DNA of 64,000 bases from Tissierellia bacterium (GTDB taxonomy: Bacteria > Bacillota > Clostridia > Tissierellales > Peptoniphilaceae). Shown in pieces: positions 40,354-50,508 of the stretch. Within the stretch, counting starts at the first letter, position 1; the number at the start of each line of letters is the position of its first letter. The DNA is taken from NCBI GenBank assembly GCA_030527425.1, contig JAUNAV010000002.1, forward strand, positions 12,601-76,600. Direction: 5' to 3'. Made by a program: the position numbers and the translations under genes. The notes under the pieces were generated by a model. That model was not told the origin of the DNA and made no database searches. It saw only the letters and a program-made list of their open reading frames with translations.

Positions 40354-41515
40354 AAATATACTCTTGGGTATTACAGGGGGAATTGCTTGTTATAAAATTC
40401 TGGAATTATGCTCAAGGCTTAAAAAACAAGGTTGCAATTTAAAAATAATTATGACAGAGGCTAGCATGAAATTTATTAATCCTCTGTCTTTTGAAACTAT
40501 GGGAAAATGTGAAGTATATACAGATATCTTTAAAACTTCTCATGAAAATGTATGGCATATAGAATTGCCCAAATGGGCAGATGTTTTTCTAATTGCTCCA
40601 TTAAGTGCAAATACAATGGCTAAGATGGCAAATGGTATTGCTGATAATTTTTTAACAGCAAGTTTTCTCGCTTGCGATAAAGATGTCATTGTTGCTCCAT
40701 CAATGAATACTAATATGCTTAATAATGAAGCAAGCCAAAATAATATTAGAATTTTAAAAGAAAGAAATGTTAAATTTATAGACTGTAATAGTGGATTACT
40801 CGCTTGTAATACAAAAGGTGATGGTAGACTTAAGGAACCATATGAAATAGTTGATTATTTAGAAAATTACTTTACAAAAAAGGACCTTTTAGGTAAAAAA
40901 ATCATAGTTACTGCAGGAGCTACAATTGAACCAATAGATTATGTTAGATATATAACAAATCACTCAAGCGGAAAAATGGGCTATAATATTGCAAAACAAG
41001 CTAGAAATAGAGGAGCAGATGTAGTATTAATATCAGGAAATGCCAATCCTTTTGAAATTGAAGGAATTAAAAAAATTGATATTAAAACAAATGAGCAATT
41101 AAAAAATGCTATTGATGATCAGTTTGATAATTGCGACTGTTTAATAATGGCTGCAGCTCCTTGTGATTATAAGCCAGTTAAAACATATGATAAAAAATTA
41201 AAGAAAAATGGATCAAATTTAAATATTGAGATGACTGAAAACATTGATATATTAAAATATTTTGGAGCAAAAAAGAAAGATCAAATGATTATTGGATTTG
41301 CAGCAGAAACTGACGATCTTATTGAAAATGCCAAAAAGAAACTAGTTAAGAAAAATGCAGATTATATAATTGCAAATGATCTAAAAAATGAAAATGCTGG
41401 TTTTGCTGTAGATACTAATCAAATTAGTATAATTTCAAAAGAAAAAATAAAAAGATATCCAGTATTATCTAAAAAAGATACTGCAGATATTATTTTAGAC
41501 TTAGTTGGTGATTAA
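40337..41515 (+). CDS. coaBC: bifunctional phosphopantothenoylcysteine decarboxylase / phosphopantothenate-cysteine ligase
   Basis: Flavoprotein N-terminus ILLGITGGIACYK, PAMN-like PSMNTNM, and CoaB half ITNHSSGKMG. Confidence 0.9.
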   Translation: MTLKNKNILLGITGGIACYKILELCSRLKKQGCNLKIIMTEASMKFINPLSFETMGKCEVYTDIFKTSHENVWHIELPKWADVFLIAPLSANTMAKMANGIADNFLTASFLACDKDVIVAPSMNTNMLNNEASQNNIRILKERNVKFIDCNSGLLACNTKGDGRLKEPYEIVDYLENYFTKKDLLGKKIIVTAGATIEPIDYVRYITNHSSGKMGYNIAKQARNRGADVVLISGNANPFEIEGIKKIDIKTNEQLKNAIDDQFDNCDCLIMAAAPCDYKPVKTYDKKLKKNGSNLNIEMTENIDILKYFGAKKKDQMIIGFAAETDDLIENAKKKLVKKNADYIIANDLKNENAGFAVDTNQISIISKEKIKRYPVLSKKDTADIILDLVGD

Positions 41516-43873
41516 TTGTTTGCTAATGTAATTATTGATTCTAATAGTGTGTATTTTGATCAATTATATACATATAGAATTCCAAAAAAATTAATAAATA
41601 GTGTAAAAAGGGGACTTAGAATTATAGTCCCCTTTGGCAAAAAAAATAAAGTTGCTTTAGTTGTTGAAATTTTAGAAGAAATTGATCATGAGTTTGAAGT
41701 TAAAGACATCCTATACTTAATAGACCATGAACCGATAGTTTCAGACGAATTAATTAATTTAGCTTTTTACATGAGACAGACTTATTTGTCTAATTTAAAT
41801 TTAGCTATTAAACAAGTCTTACCTCCTGGTAAAATTGAATTATTAAATGTATTATATCGATTAAAAAAACAACCTGAAAATGAATTTGAGAAATATCTAA
41901 ACACTTGGAGAAGTTTTCTAGATATAAAAAAAGAATACGATGATAAAATTGAAAATTTTGAAAATTACCACCGAAATGGGCTTTTAGAAATTATCTATAA
42001 TTTTAATGTTAATTATAAGATAAAAAAAGAAGTATATGTTAAAATCTTAAATTATGATATAGAAAAATTGAATAGAAGAGCTAAAAAACAAATTGAAATA
42101 TTATCCTATTTGAATAAAAGAGGAATAACAAGCTTAAAGAAATTACTAAAAGATACTAACTCATCTAATTCAAGCGTTAAGTCTTTAGAAAAGAAGGGCT
42201 TTATTAAATTATATGAGAAAATTGTAGAACGCAAAGTTTTACCAGATAAAGTTTCTGATTATAAAAAGAAGCATTTAACTGAAGATCAAAAAAAAGTTTT
42301 TGAAAAAATCAATGATTCAAAAGATGAGACATACTTATTAAAAGGAGTAACGGGAAGTGGAAAGACTGAAATATATCTTCAACTTGTCGAAGAATGCTTA
42401 AAAGAAAATAAGGAATCTATTATTTTAGTACCTGAAATTTCATTAACGCCTCAAACTATAGAAAGATTTAAAGGTAGATTCGGTGATAAAATTGCTATAT
42501 TGCATTCTAGACTTACCTTAAATGAAAGATTTCAGGAGTATATGAAAATTAAAAATAAAAGCGTAAAAATTGCAATTGGGGCTCGATCAGCAATATTTGC
42601 TCCTTTTGAAAATTTAGGTCTTATTGTAATTGATGAAGAACATGATCAAAGCTATATATCTTCTAAAGACCCAAAATATAACACTTTCGAAATAGCTGAA
42701 TTTAGAAAGAAATACCATAAGGCTAATCTTTTATTAGCTTCAGCAACTCCATCATTTAAAAGTATGCAATTGGCCTTAGATGGAAATATTAAACTTTTAG
42801 AATTAAACAAAAGGGTAAGTAATTTTAAACTTCCAAAGACAGAAATTATAGACATGAGGCAAGAGCTAAAAAGTGGTAATTATTCTATGCTTAGTAGAAG
42901 TTTATATGAAAATATAAAATATAATTTAGACAAAAAAGAGCAGATAATTCTGTTTTTGAATAAAGTAGGCCATACTTCATTTACATTTTGTAGAAGATGC
43001 GGATATATAATTAAATGTGAGGCATGTGATGTTGCTATGACTTATCATAAATCTAAGGATAAATTGATTTGTCATTATTGTGGAAGAACTAAAAATCAGC
43101 CACATATATGTCCAAATTGCTCTTCGAAAGCAATAAAAGAATTTGGAGCGGGTACTGAAAAATTGGAAGAAGAAATTAAGAGTCTGTTTCCTAAAGCAAA
43201 TGTCCTTAGGATGGATAGTGAAACTACTACAAAAAAAGGCAGCTATCAGAAAATGTATGATTTGATGAAATCACAAAAAATTGATATTTTAATTGGCACT
43301 CAAATGATTTCTAAAGGATTAGACTTTGAAAATGTAACTTTGGTAGGGCTTGTAGCTGCTGATTTGAGTTTAGGAATTGATGATTACACTTCAAATGAAA
43401 AAACATTTCAGTTGATAACTCAAGTTGCAGGAAGAGCAGGTAGATCTATAAAAAGGGGAAGAGTTTTAATACAAACTTATAAACCTGAAAATAAAGTTAT
43501 ACAATGTGCTAAAAATAATGATTATATGAGCTTTTTTGAATATGAAAAGAAGTTAAGAGAGACTTTTATCTACCCACCATTTTGTGATCTAATCAATATA
43601 AGATTTACTTCTAAGGATAAAAAAGAAATATTCAAATGCGCATATAATATAAAAAATAAATTAATTGACTTAAAAGATCAGTTTAGTTTAGTAATTCAGG
43701 GACCAAATCCATGTAAAATTGAAAGAATTAATAATAGATATAGATATAATCTAGTTGTTAAGACTAAAAAAAACAATCAGATATTAAAAGTTTTTAAAGA
43801 TATTATTGACAAAGAGAGGATAAATAGTAAAATCAGTATTTCTATAGCTATAAATCCAAGTAATTTAAATTAG
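41516..43873 (+). CDS. priA: primosomal replication restart helicase PriA (TTG start)
   Basis: Walker A GVTGSGKTE, DEEHD, and Zn-finger insert CRRCGYIIKCEACD...CHYCG...CPNC. Confidence 0.9.
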   Translation: MFANVIIDSNSVYFDQLYTYRIPKKLINSVKRGLRIIVPFGKKNKVALVVEILEEIDHEFEVKDILYLIDHEPIVSDELINLAFYMRQTYLSNLNLAIKQVLPPGKIELLNVLYRLKKQPENEFEKYLNTWRSFLDIKKEYDDKIENFENYHRNGLLEIIYNFNVNYKIKKEVYVKILNYDIEKLNRRAKKQIEILSYLNKRGITSLKKLLKDTNSSNSSVKSLEKKGFIKLYEKIVERKVLPDKVSDYKKKHLTEDQKKVFEKINDSKDETYLLKGVTGSGKTEIYLQLVEECLKENKESIILVPEISLTPQTIERFKGRFGDKIAILHSRLTLNERFQEYMKIKNKSVKIAIGARSAIFAPFENLGLIVIDEEHDQSYISSKDPKYNTFEIAEFRKKYHKANLLLASATPSFKSMQLALDGNIKLLELNKRVSNFKLPKTEIIDMRQELKSGNYSMLSRSLYENIKYNLDKKEQIILFLNKVGHTSFTFCRRCGYIIKCEACDVAMTYHKSKDKLICHYCGRTKNQPHICPNCSSKAIKEFGAGTEKLEEEIKSLFPKANVLRMDSETTTKKGSYQKMYDLMKSQKIDILIGTQMISKGLDFENVTLVGLVAADLSLGIDDYTSNEKTFQLITQVAGRAGRSIKRGRVLIQTYKPENKVIQCAKNNDYMSFFEYEKKLRETFIYPPFCDLINIRFTSKDKKEIFKCAYNIKNKLIDLKDQFSLVIQGPNPCKIERINNRYRYNLVVKTKKNNQILKVFKDIIDKERINSKISISIAINPSNLN

Positions 43874-43881
43874 GAGAGAAA

Positions 43882-44886
43882 ATGTTTAATATATTTAAGA
43901 AAAAAAATTATGATGAAACAAAAGAAGAAATTCAAGTTAAAGAAAAAAATGATAGTATAGATGATAAATCGGGCTTTTTTGAAAAATTAAAAGATGGTCT
44001 TTCTAAAACAAGAGAGGGAATGAATTCAAAAATCAATAATCTATTTAAAATGAATGTTAAAATTGATGATGATCTATACGACGAACTAGAAGAGATACTT
44101 ATTTCTTCAGATATTGGGATGATGTCAACAATAGAGATTATTGATAAATTAAAAGAAGAAATAAAAATAAGAAAAATAAAAGAAACTGATAAAATATATC
44201 CATTACTGATGGAAATTATGTCTGAAAAATTAAAAGAAAAAAATCTCGATAATAAACTTAATTTATCGGATAATAATCCAACAGTTATTCTAGTTATAGG
44301 AGTTAATGGAGTAGGTAAAACAACGACTATTGGTAAACTTGCATATAAATTAAAAAAACAAAATAAAAAAGTAATGATAGCTGCTGCAGATACATTTAGA
44401 GCTGCTGCTGTTAATCAATTGGGAGAATGGGCGGATAAAACTGATTGTGAAATGATAAGTCACAACGAAGGATCGGATCCTGCTGCAGTGATATTTGATG
44501 CCATTCAATCTGCAAGAAGCAAAAATATAGATGTATTGATTTGTGATACTGCTGGAAGATTACACAATAAGAAAAATTTAATGAACGAATTAAATAAAAT
44601 TGACAAAACAATTAATACTCATTTTCCAAATGCATTAAGAGAAAATTTATTAGTATTAGATGCAACAACAGGACAAAATGCAATAAGTCAATTAAAAGAA
44701 TTCAAAAATGTTTCAGATATTACAGGCTTAATATTGACAAAACTTGATGGCACAGCTAAGGGCGGGGTTGTTTTTCCACTACAAGTTGAATTAGATGTTC
44801 CAGTTAAATTTATAGGGCTTGGAGAAGATATAGATTCATTAGAAAGATTTGATTCTGATTTATTTGTAAAAGCTATGTTTAAATAG
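43882..44886 (+). CDS. ftsY: signal recognition particle receptor FtsY
   Basis: GVNGVGKTTT, DTAGR, TKLDGTAKGG. Confidence 0.95.
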   Translation: MFNIFKKKNYDETKEEIQVKEKNDSIDDKSGFFEKLKDGLSKTREGMNSKINNLFKMNVKIDDDLYDELEEILISSDIGMMSTIEIIDKLKEEIKIRKIKETDKIYPLLMEIMSEKLKEKNLDNKLNLSDNNPTVILVIGVNGVGKTTTIGKLAYKLKKQNKKVMIAAADTFRAAAVNQLGEWADKTDCEMISHNEGSDPAAVIFDAIQSARSKNIDVLICDTAGRLHNKKNLMNELNKIDKTINTHFPNALRENLLVLDATTGQNAISQLKEFKNVSDITGLILTKLDGTAKGGVVFPLQVELDVPVKFIGLGEDIDSLERFDSDLFVKAMFK

Positions 44887-44915
44887 TTGACAAAAGGTAT
44901 TTATTGTAGTATGCT
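44887..44915 (+). promoter_or_regulatory. sigma-A-type promoter for ylxM-ffh-rpsP...
   Basis: TTGACA, 17-nt spacer, TATGCT, immediately after the ftsY stop. Confidence 0.55.
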
Positions 44916-44951
44916 TTTAAGGGTCAAGTAAATAACTTGACAGGTGATTAA

Positions 44952-45278
44952 ATGGAAAAAATTGTACGAGTTGGTATACTATTTAGTTTTTACAAATCTC
45001 TATTAACTAAAAAACAAAGAGATGTGATAAATTGGTATTTCAACGAAGATCTATCTTTAAATGAAATAGCAGATTTAACTGATAAAAGCAAACAAGCAGT
45101 CTCAGATATGATCTTAAGAACGGTTAACAAACTTGAGCAATTCGATAAAAATCTTGATCTAATAAACAAAAATCAGAAACAACTAGATAATTTATTACAG
45201 ATTAGACAAATGTTGTTAGATAATAAAGAAAAAACTGAGATAATAGATTTGCTAGATAAAATGATAGAAAAAGTATAG
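44952..45278 (+). CDS. ylxM: YlxM (UPF0122) putative HTH protein of the SRP operon
   Basis: LFSFYKSLLTKKQRDVINWYFNEDLSLNEIAD. Immediately upstream of ffh. Confidence 0.8.
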   Translation: MEKIVRVGILFSFYKSLLTKKQRDVINWYFNEDLSLNEIADLTDKSKQAVSDMILRTVNKLEQFDKNLDLINKNQKQLDNLLQIRQMLLDNKEKTEIIDLLDKMIEKV

Positions 45279-45288
45279 GATGTGAAAT

Positions 45289-46623
45289 ATGATTTTTTCA
45301 AATCTTTCTGAAAAATTGCAAAATAGCTTACAAAAACTATCAGGTAAGGGAAAATTGAGCGAAAAAGACGTTGATAAAGCGATGAGGGAGATTAAGCTTT
45401 CCTTACTTGAAGCAGATGTTAATTATAAAGTTGTAAAAAATTTTATTGCGAAAGTTAAAGAAAGATCAATAGGAAGTGAAGTTATGGAGTCACTTTCTCC
45501 GGGCCAAATGGTTGTTAAAATTGTCAATGAAGAATTGACAAATTTAATGGGCAAAGAAAATTCTAAATTAGAATTGAAAGGCCAAACACCGCATATGATA
45601 ATGCTTTGTGGACTTCAAGGAGCAGGTAAGACAACTCATTGTGGAAAACTTGCTTATAAGCTAAAAAAAGAAGGAAAAAATCCACTTTTAGTAGCAGCAG
45701 ATATCTATAGGCCAGCAGCTATTGATCAATTAAAAGTTGTATCTAATAAAGCTGGAGTTGATTTTTTTGAAATGGGAAAAGTTAATCCAGTAGAAATTGC
45801 CAAAAATGCTCGCATATATGCTAGGAAAAATGGTAATGATGTTGTACTTATTGATACAGCTGGACGTCTTCAAATTGATGAAGTATTAATGAAAGAACTT
45901 GAAGATATTAAAAAAGAGATTAATGCAAGCGAAATTTTACTAGTAGTTGATGCCATGACTGGACAACAAGCTGTAGATGTAGCAAAAACTTTTGATCAAT
46001 ATCTGGATTTAAGCGGTATTATTCTCACTAAATTAGACGGTGATGCTAGAGGCGGTGCAGCACTTTCAATAAGACAAGTTGTTGGAAAACCAATAAAATT
46101 TGTCGGAGATGGAGAAAAAATTGAGGACTTAAAGAGTTTTCATCCAGACAGAATGGCATCTAGAATTTTAGGAATGGGAGATGTCCTAACTCTTATTGAG
46201 AGAGCTGAAGAACAAGTTTCTAGAAAAGAAGCTAAGGAATTAGAAGAAAAATTACTATCTTCAAAGTACACTTTAGATGATTTTTTACAACAAATTAATC
46301 AAATAAGAAGCATGGGACCTATGCAAGAGCTATTATCTATGATTCCAGGTGTAAATTCTAATATGCTTAAAAATGTAAATGTTGATGAATCAGGATTTAC
46401 AAAAATTGAAGCATTGATACAATCTATGACAAAAAAAGAAAGACAAAATCCTGAAATCATAGGAAAAAGTCGTAAAGAACGTATTGCAAAAGGTTCTGGG
46501 GTTGATATAAGAGAATTAAATAAGCTATTAAAACAATTTAAAGAATTGAAGAAAATGATGAAGAAATTTGGAAAAATGACAAAAAGAAATAAAGGCAAAA
46601 TGAGAATGCCTTTCTTTAAATAA
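45289..46623 (+). CDS. ffh: signal recognition particle protein Ffh
   Basis: GLQGAGKTT, DTAGR, TKLDGDARGG, and a Met-rich M domain. Confidence 0.95.
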   Translation: MIFSNLSEKLQNSLQKLSGKGKLSEKDVDKAMREIKLSLLEADVNYKVVKNFIAKVKERSIGSEVMESLSPGQMVVKIVNEELTNLMGKENSKLELKGQTPHMIMLCGLQGAGKTTHCGKLAYKLKKEGKNPLLVAADIYRPAAIDQLKVVSNKAGVDFFEMGKVNPVEIAKNARIYARKNGNDVVLIDTAGRLQIDEVLMKELEDIKKEINASEILLVVDAMTGQQAVDVAKTFDQYLDLSGIILTKLDGDARGGAALSIRQVVGKPIKFVGDGEKIEDLKSFHPDRMASRILGMGDVLTLIERAEEQVSRKEAKELEEKLLSSKYTLDDFLQQINQIRSMGPMQELLSMIPGVNSNMLKNVNVDESGFTKIEALIQSMTKKERQNPEIIGKSRKERIAKGSGVDIRELNKLLKQFKELKKMMKKFGKMTKRNKGKMRMPFFK

Positions 46624-46635
46624 TGGAGGTAAAAT

Positions 46636-46902
46636 ATGGCAGTAAAAATTAGAATGAAAAGATTAGGTGCTAAAAAAAGACCATTTTATAGAATAGTAGT
46701 TGCAGATTCAAGATCACCAAGAGATGGTAGATTTATAGAAGAAATTGGATATTATAATCCACTTACTAGCCCTAAAACATTTAAAGTAGACAATGAAAAA
46801 GCAAAACAATGGTTAAAAAATGGAGCAAAACCTACATCAATAGTTGAAAAGCTATTTAAAGACTATAAAGTGTTAGAATCTGCTTCAGTTAGCGAAGAAT
46901 AA
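46636..46902 (+). CDS. rpsP: 30S ribosomal protein S16
   Basis: [35 protein letters not shown]. Confidence 0.95.
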   Translation: MAVKIRMKRLGAKKRPFYRIVVADSRSPRDGRFIEEIGYYNPLTSPKTFKVDNEKAKQWLKNGAKPTSIVEKLFKDYKVLESASVSEE

Positions 46903-46904
46903 TT

Positions 46905-47129
46905 ATGAAGAACTTAGTAGAGCTCATAGTCAAAGAATTAGTAGATGAAGATACTAATGTAGTTGTAACAAAACAGTTAGATGATGGAGAAATGCTCATT
47001 AATATAGAAGTTGATGATTCACAAAAAGGTAAAGTTATAGGCAAAAATGGAAAAATCATAAATTCTATTAGAACTATTGCTAAAGCTTGTGCTATTAAAG
47101 AGGATGTTAAGGTAACAATTAAAATATGA
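46905..47129 (+). CDS. KH-domain RNA-binding protein (YlqC family)
   Basis: 74 aa, GKVIGKNGKIINSIRTI. Lies between rpsP and rimM. Confidence 0.8.
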   Translation: MKNLVELIVKELVDEDTNVVVTKQLDDGEMLINIEVDDSQKGKVIGKNGKIINSIRTIAKACAIKEDVKVTIKI

Positions 47130-47611
47130 TTTTAGTAGGCAAGGTATTAAATACTCATGGTATAAAGGGAGATTTAAAAATAAAGTCTTTTTCCGATAAT
47201 AAAGATAGATTTAAAAAAGGAAATGAGATTTATTTTGAAGGAATCAAAGATCCTTATGAAATAATCAATTCCTCTAAAATAAAAGACAATATAATAATAT
47301 CTCTTTCTAACCTAAATGACATTAATGATGCTTTACATTTTAAAACAAAAAATATTTATATTAAAGAGCAAGATTTAATGAAATTGTCAGATGATGAATA
47401 TTTCGTATTTGATCTTTATGATTTGGCAGTTTATGAAAATGAGAAAAAAATTGGAATTATAGATGATGTTTTAACTAATTATCCAAATGACGTATACGTA
47501 GTTAAAACTACAGATAATAAACAGCTCTATATACCTGCTATTAAAGAATATGTGCTTAATATCGATATAGACAATAAAAGAATAGATGTTAAAGATGTTG
47601 ATAAACTATGA
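47126..47611 (+). CDS. rimM: 16S rRNA processing protein RimM
   Basis: VGKVLNTHGIKGDLKI N-terminus and a PRC-barrel C-terminus. ATGA overlaps on both sides. Confidence 0.85.
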   Translation: MILVGKVLNTHGIKGDLKIKSFSDNKDRFKKGNEIYFEGIKDPYEIINSSKIKDNIIISLSNLNDINDALHFKTKNIYIKEQDLMKLSDDEYFVFDLYDLAVYENEKKIGIIDDVLTNYPNDVYVVKTTDNKQLYIPAIKEYVLNIDIDNKRIDVKDVDKL

Positions 47612-48327
47612 AAGTTACAATATTAACTTTATTTCCAGATAGTTTCAGATATTTAAAAGAATATGGAATTATTGGAAAGGCAATCAATAAAGGATTAATT
47701 GAGCTAGAAGTTGTAAATATTCGTGATTATTCTAAAAATAAACATAAAAAGGTTGATGATACTGTATATGGTGGTAAGGCAGGAATGCTTATGACTTGTC
47801 AACCGATCTATGATTGTTTGATGGATGTTAAAAATAAAAATAGTAAAGTTATCTATCTTTCAGCTCAAGGAAGTCTTTTAGATCAAAAAAAGGTAGTGGA
47901 TTTATCTAAATATGAGCATTTAGTTTTGTTATGTGGCCACTATGAAGGAATAGATGCTCGAATTGTAAAACATTATGTTGATTATGAGATCTCTATAGGT
48001 GATTATGTACTTACAGGCGGAGAAATTCCTGCCATGGTTTTATTAGATTCAGTAAGCAGATTTGTCGATAAAGTTGTAGGTAATCATGATTCTCTAATCA
48101 CTGATAGCCATTATAATGGTCTATTGCAATATGATGAATATACAAAACCTAGAGTTTTTAATGGCTATATGGTTCCCAATGAACTGTTATCAGGAGATCC
48201 CAAAAAAATCGATAAATGGAATCTTAAAAATAGCTTAAATAAAACTAAAAAAATAAGAAAAGATTTATATGACAAATATATAGAAGCGGAGGTAAGCGAT
48301 GGATTTATTAAAAAAGATTCAAAATGA
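47608..48327 (+). CDS. trmD: tRNA (guanine37-N1)-methyltransferase TrmD
   Basis: [30 protein letters not shown]. Confidence 0.95.
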   Translation: MKVTILTLFPDSFRYLKEYGIIGKAINKGLIELEVVNIRDYSKNKHKKVDDTVYGGKAGMLMTCQPIYDCLMDVKNKNSKVIYLSAQGSLLDQKKVVDLSKYEHLVLLCGHYEGIDARIVKHYVDYEISIGDYVLTGGEIPAMVLLDSVSRFVDKVVGNHDSLITDSHYNGLLQYDEYTKPRVFNGYMVPNELLSGDPKKIDKWNLKNSLNKTKKIRKDLYDKYIEAEVSDGFIKKDSK

Positions 48328-48646
48328 ACAATTACGCGAAGATGATTTCGAACTTAATGTAGGAGATACATTAAGAATTTCTTATAGAATCAAAGAAGGA
48401 GAAAAAACAAGACTTCAAGATTTTGAAGGTACTGTTATAAAAGTTTGCGGAGGTTCTGTTAATAAGACTTTCACACTTAGAAGAATTAGCTATGGTGTTG
48501 GAGTAGAAAGAACTTTCCTTTACAATTCGCCAAGAATTGAAAAAACAAAAGTTGTAAGACGTGGTAAAGTAAGAAGAGCAAAATTAAATTACTTAAGAGA
48601 TCGTCAAGGTAAGGCAGCTAAAGTAAAAGAAAAAACAGCTTATTAA
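48299..48646 (+). CDS. rplS: 50S ribosomal protein L19
   Basis: [26 protein letters not shown]...[15 protein letters not shown] gcggagg upstream. Confidence 0.95.
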   Translation: MDLLKKIQNEQLREDDFELNVGDTLRISYRIKEGEKTRLQDFEGTVIKVCGGSVNKTFTLRRISYGVGVERTFLYNSPRIEKTKVVRRGKVRRAKLNYLRDRQGKAAKVKEKTAY

Positions 48647-48651
48647 TTAAC

Positions 48652-48675
48652 AGGGACTTTAGGTCCCTTTTTAAT
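48652..48675 (+). terminator. intrinsic terminator after rplS
   Basis: Hairpin agggac-ttta-gtccct followed by ttttaattt. Confidence 0.7.
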
Positions 48676-48698
48676 TTATTTTTAACAAAGAGGCAATT

Positions 48699-49541
48699 AT
48701 GAATATAAATTGGTATCCTGGCCATATGGTCAAAACCAAAAAAGATATTAAAAATTCATTATCTTTAGTAGATATAGTATTAGAAATTATTGATGCAAGA
48801 ATACCTAGATCAAGTCGAAATCCTATGTTAGATGAAATACTAAAAGATAAACCACGAATGATCATATTAAATAAAACAGATTTAGCAGAGGATAATGAAA
48901 ATGATAAATGGATAGATTATTTTAAAAAGAATTCAACTAAAGCAATTAAAATTAATTCAAAGGAAAATATAAATACAAAAAGAATATATAATGAGGCTAA
49001 ATCTTTATTAAAAGAAGAATTTGAAAGAAGAAAGAGAAAAAAATTAGATAATAAAAAGATTAAAATGATGATAGTTGGTATCCCCAACTCTGGAAAGTCA
49101 ACTTTTATAAATAATATTTCCAATAGAAAAGGTACAAAAATTGGAAATAAACCTGGTGTTACAAAACAAAAACAATGGATAAAAACAAATAGTGATATTT
49201 TGCTTCTTGATACGCCAGGTATTTTATGGCCAAAGTTTGAAGATCAATTGGTTGCAAGACATTTATCATATACTTATGCGATTAAAGATGAGATTGTAAA
49301 TACTGAAGAATTAGCTTTTAATTTTATAGAAGAAATAATGAAGCTTAAACCAAATGCTTTAAAAGAAAGATATGGTATTGAAATAGAAGATAAAAAGACA
49401 ATTGAAATATATGATCAGATAGCTAAAAGACGTGGTTGTTTCTTGAAAAATAAAGAAATAGATTATGAAAAAGCATCTTCTATAATTTTAAATGATTTCA
49501 GAAATAATAAATTAGGTAAAGTAACTTTAGAACGTGTATGA
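48699..49541 (+). CDS. rbgA: ribosome biogenesis GTPase A (RbgA/YlqF), circularly permuted GTPase
   Basis: INWYPGHM, NKTDL located before GIPNSGKST, and DTPG. Confidence 0.9.
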   Translation: MNINWYPGHMVKTKKDIKNSLSLVDIVLEIIDARIPRSSRNPMLDEILKDKPRMIILNKTDLAEDNENDKWIDYFKKNSTKAIKINSKENINTKRIYNEAKSLLKEEFERRKRKKLDNKKIKMMIVGIPNSGKSTFINNISNRKGTKIGNKPGVTKQKQWIKTNSDILLLDTPGILWPKFEDQLVARHLSYTYAIKDEIVNTEELAFNFIEEIMKLKPNALKERYGIEIEDKKTIEIYDQIAKRRGCFLKNKEIDYEKASSIILNDFRNNKLGKVTLERV

Positions 49542-50161
49542 AATATTCAATTTATAATGATGAAATAAAAAAAGAAATATATAATAAATATGAAAATATA
49601 TGTGGCATAGACGAAGTAGGTCGAGGTCCTCTTGCAGGACCGGTACTTGCTTGCGCAATCATCATGCCGAAACAAAGCAAGATAGAAGGTGTAAAAGACT
49701 CAAAAAAGATATCAAAGAAAAATCTTTCTATACTAGCAGAAAAAATAAAAAAAGAGGCATTAGCATACTCTTATGGACTTGAAAATGCAAAAAGAATTGA
49801 TGAAATAAATATAAAAAATGCCACTAAATCAGCCATGCTTAAGGCTTTAAATGGACTTAAAATCAAGCCAGATATTTGTTTAATTGATGCGGAGAGAATA
49901 AATACAGATATAAAACAATTAAATATAGTAAAAGGAGATATGATTGAGTATCAAATTTCATGTGCATCTATTTTAGCAAAAGTGAAAAGAGATAAAATAA
50001 TGATGAAATTTGATTCATATTATCCGGGATATGATTTCTTTAATAATAAAGGATATGGTACAAAAAAGCACTATATGGGAATTGATAAATTAGGGATATC
50101 GCCCATACATAGAAAGAGCTTTTTGAAAAAATATTTTGAGAGACAATTAAGCTTATTATGA
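49538..50161 (+). CDS. rnhB: ribonuclease HII
   Basis: GIDEVGRGPLAGPV, DSKK, and ASILAKV. Confidence 0.9.
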   Translation: MKYSIYNDEIKKEIYNKYENICGIDEVGRGPLAGPVLACAIIMPKQSKIEGVKDSKKISKKNLSILAEKIKKEALAYSYGLENAKRIDEINIKNATKSAMLKALNGLKIKPDICLIDAERINTDIKQLNIVKGDMIEYQISCASILAKVKRDKIMMKFDSYYPGYDFFNNKGYGTKKHYMGIDKLGISPIHRKSFLKKYFERQLSLL

Positions 50162-50508
50162 AAACATTAAAAAGAGAAATTGGAGATTATGGAGAAAGAG
50201 TTGCTGTAAAATATTTAGAGAAAAAAGGTTATACTATTTTAGAGCGCAATTATCTTAAAAAAACAGGTGAGATAGATATAATTGCCAAAAAAGATGATAT
50301 AATATCATTTATTGAAGTAAAGACAAGAAAAAATTTTCAAAATTCTTATGCAAGTGAAGCAGTTAATTATTATAAGCAGCAAAGAATTATAAAAACAGCT
50401 CAAAATTATATTGTAGAAAAGAACTATTTAGATTTAAAATTAAGTTTTGATGTATGTGAAGTTTATACAGAGATAAAGAAAATAAAATTTATAGAAAATG
50501 CATTTTAA
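50158..50508 (+). CDS. yraN: YraN-family (UPF0102) endonuclease-like protein
   Basis: GERVAVKYLEKKGYTILERNY...GEIDIIA...FIEVKTR. Confidence 0.8.
   Translation: MKTLKREIGDYGERVAVKYLEKKGYTILERNYLKKTGEIDIIAKKDDIISFIEVKTRKNFQNSYASEAVNYYKQQRIIKTAQNYIVEKNYLDLKLSFDVCEVYTEIKKIKFIENAF

Noticed and set aside
44937-44942. Second TTGACA hexamer upstream of ylxM.
   Set aside because: It lies only 9 nt from the ATG, so it cannot act as a -35 element for ylxM. It is part of the inverted repeat.
49600-49782. 60-aa Arg/Ser-rich ORF in an alternative + frame inside rnhB.
   Set aside because: It overlaps the conserved GIDEVGRGPLAGPV region of RNase HII, has no SD, and has no recognisable fold. I read it as a chance open frame.
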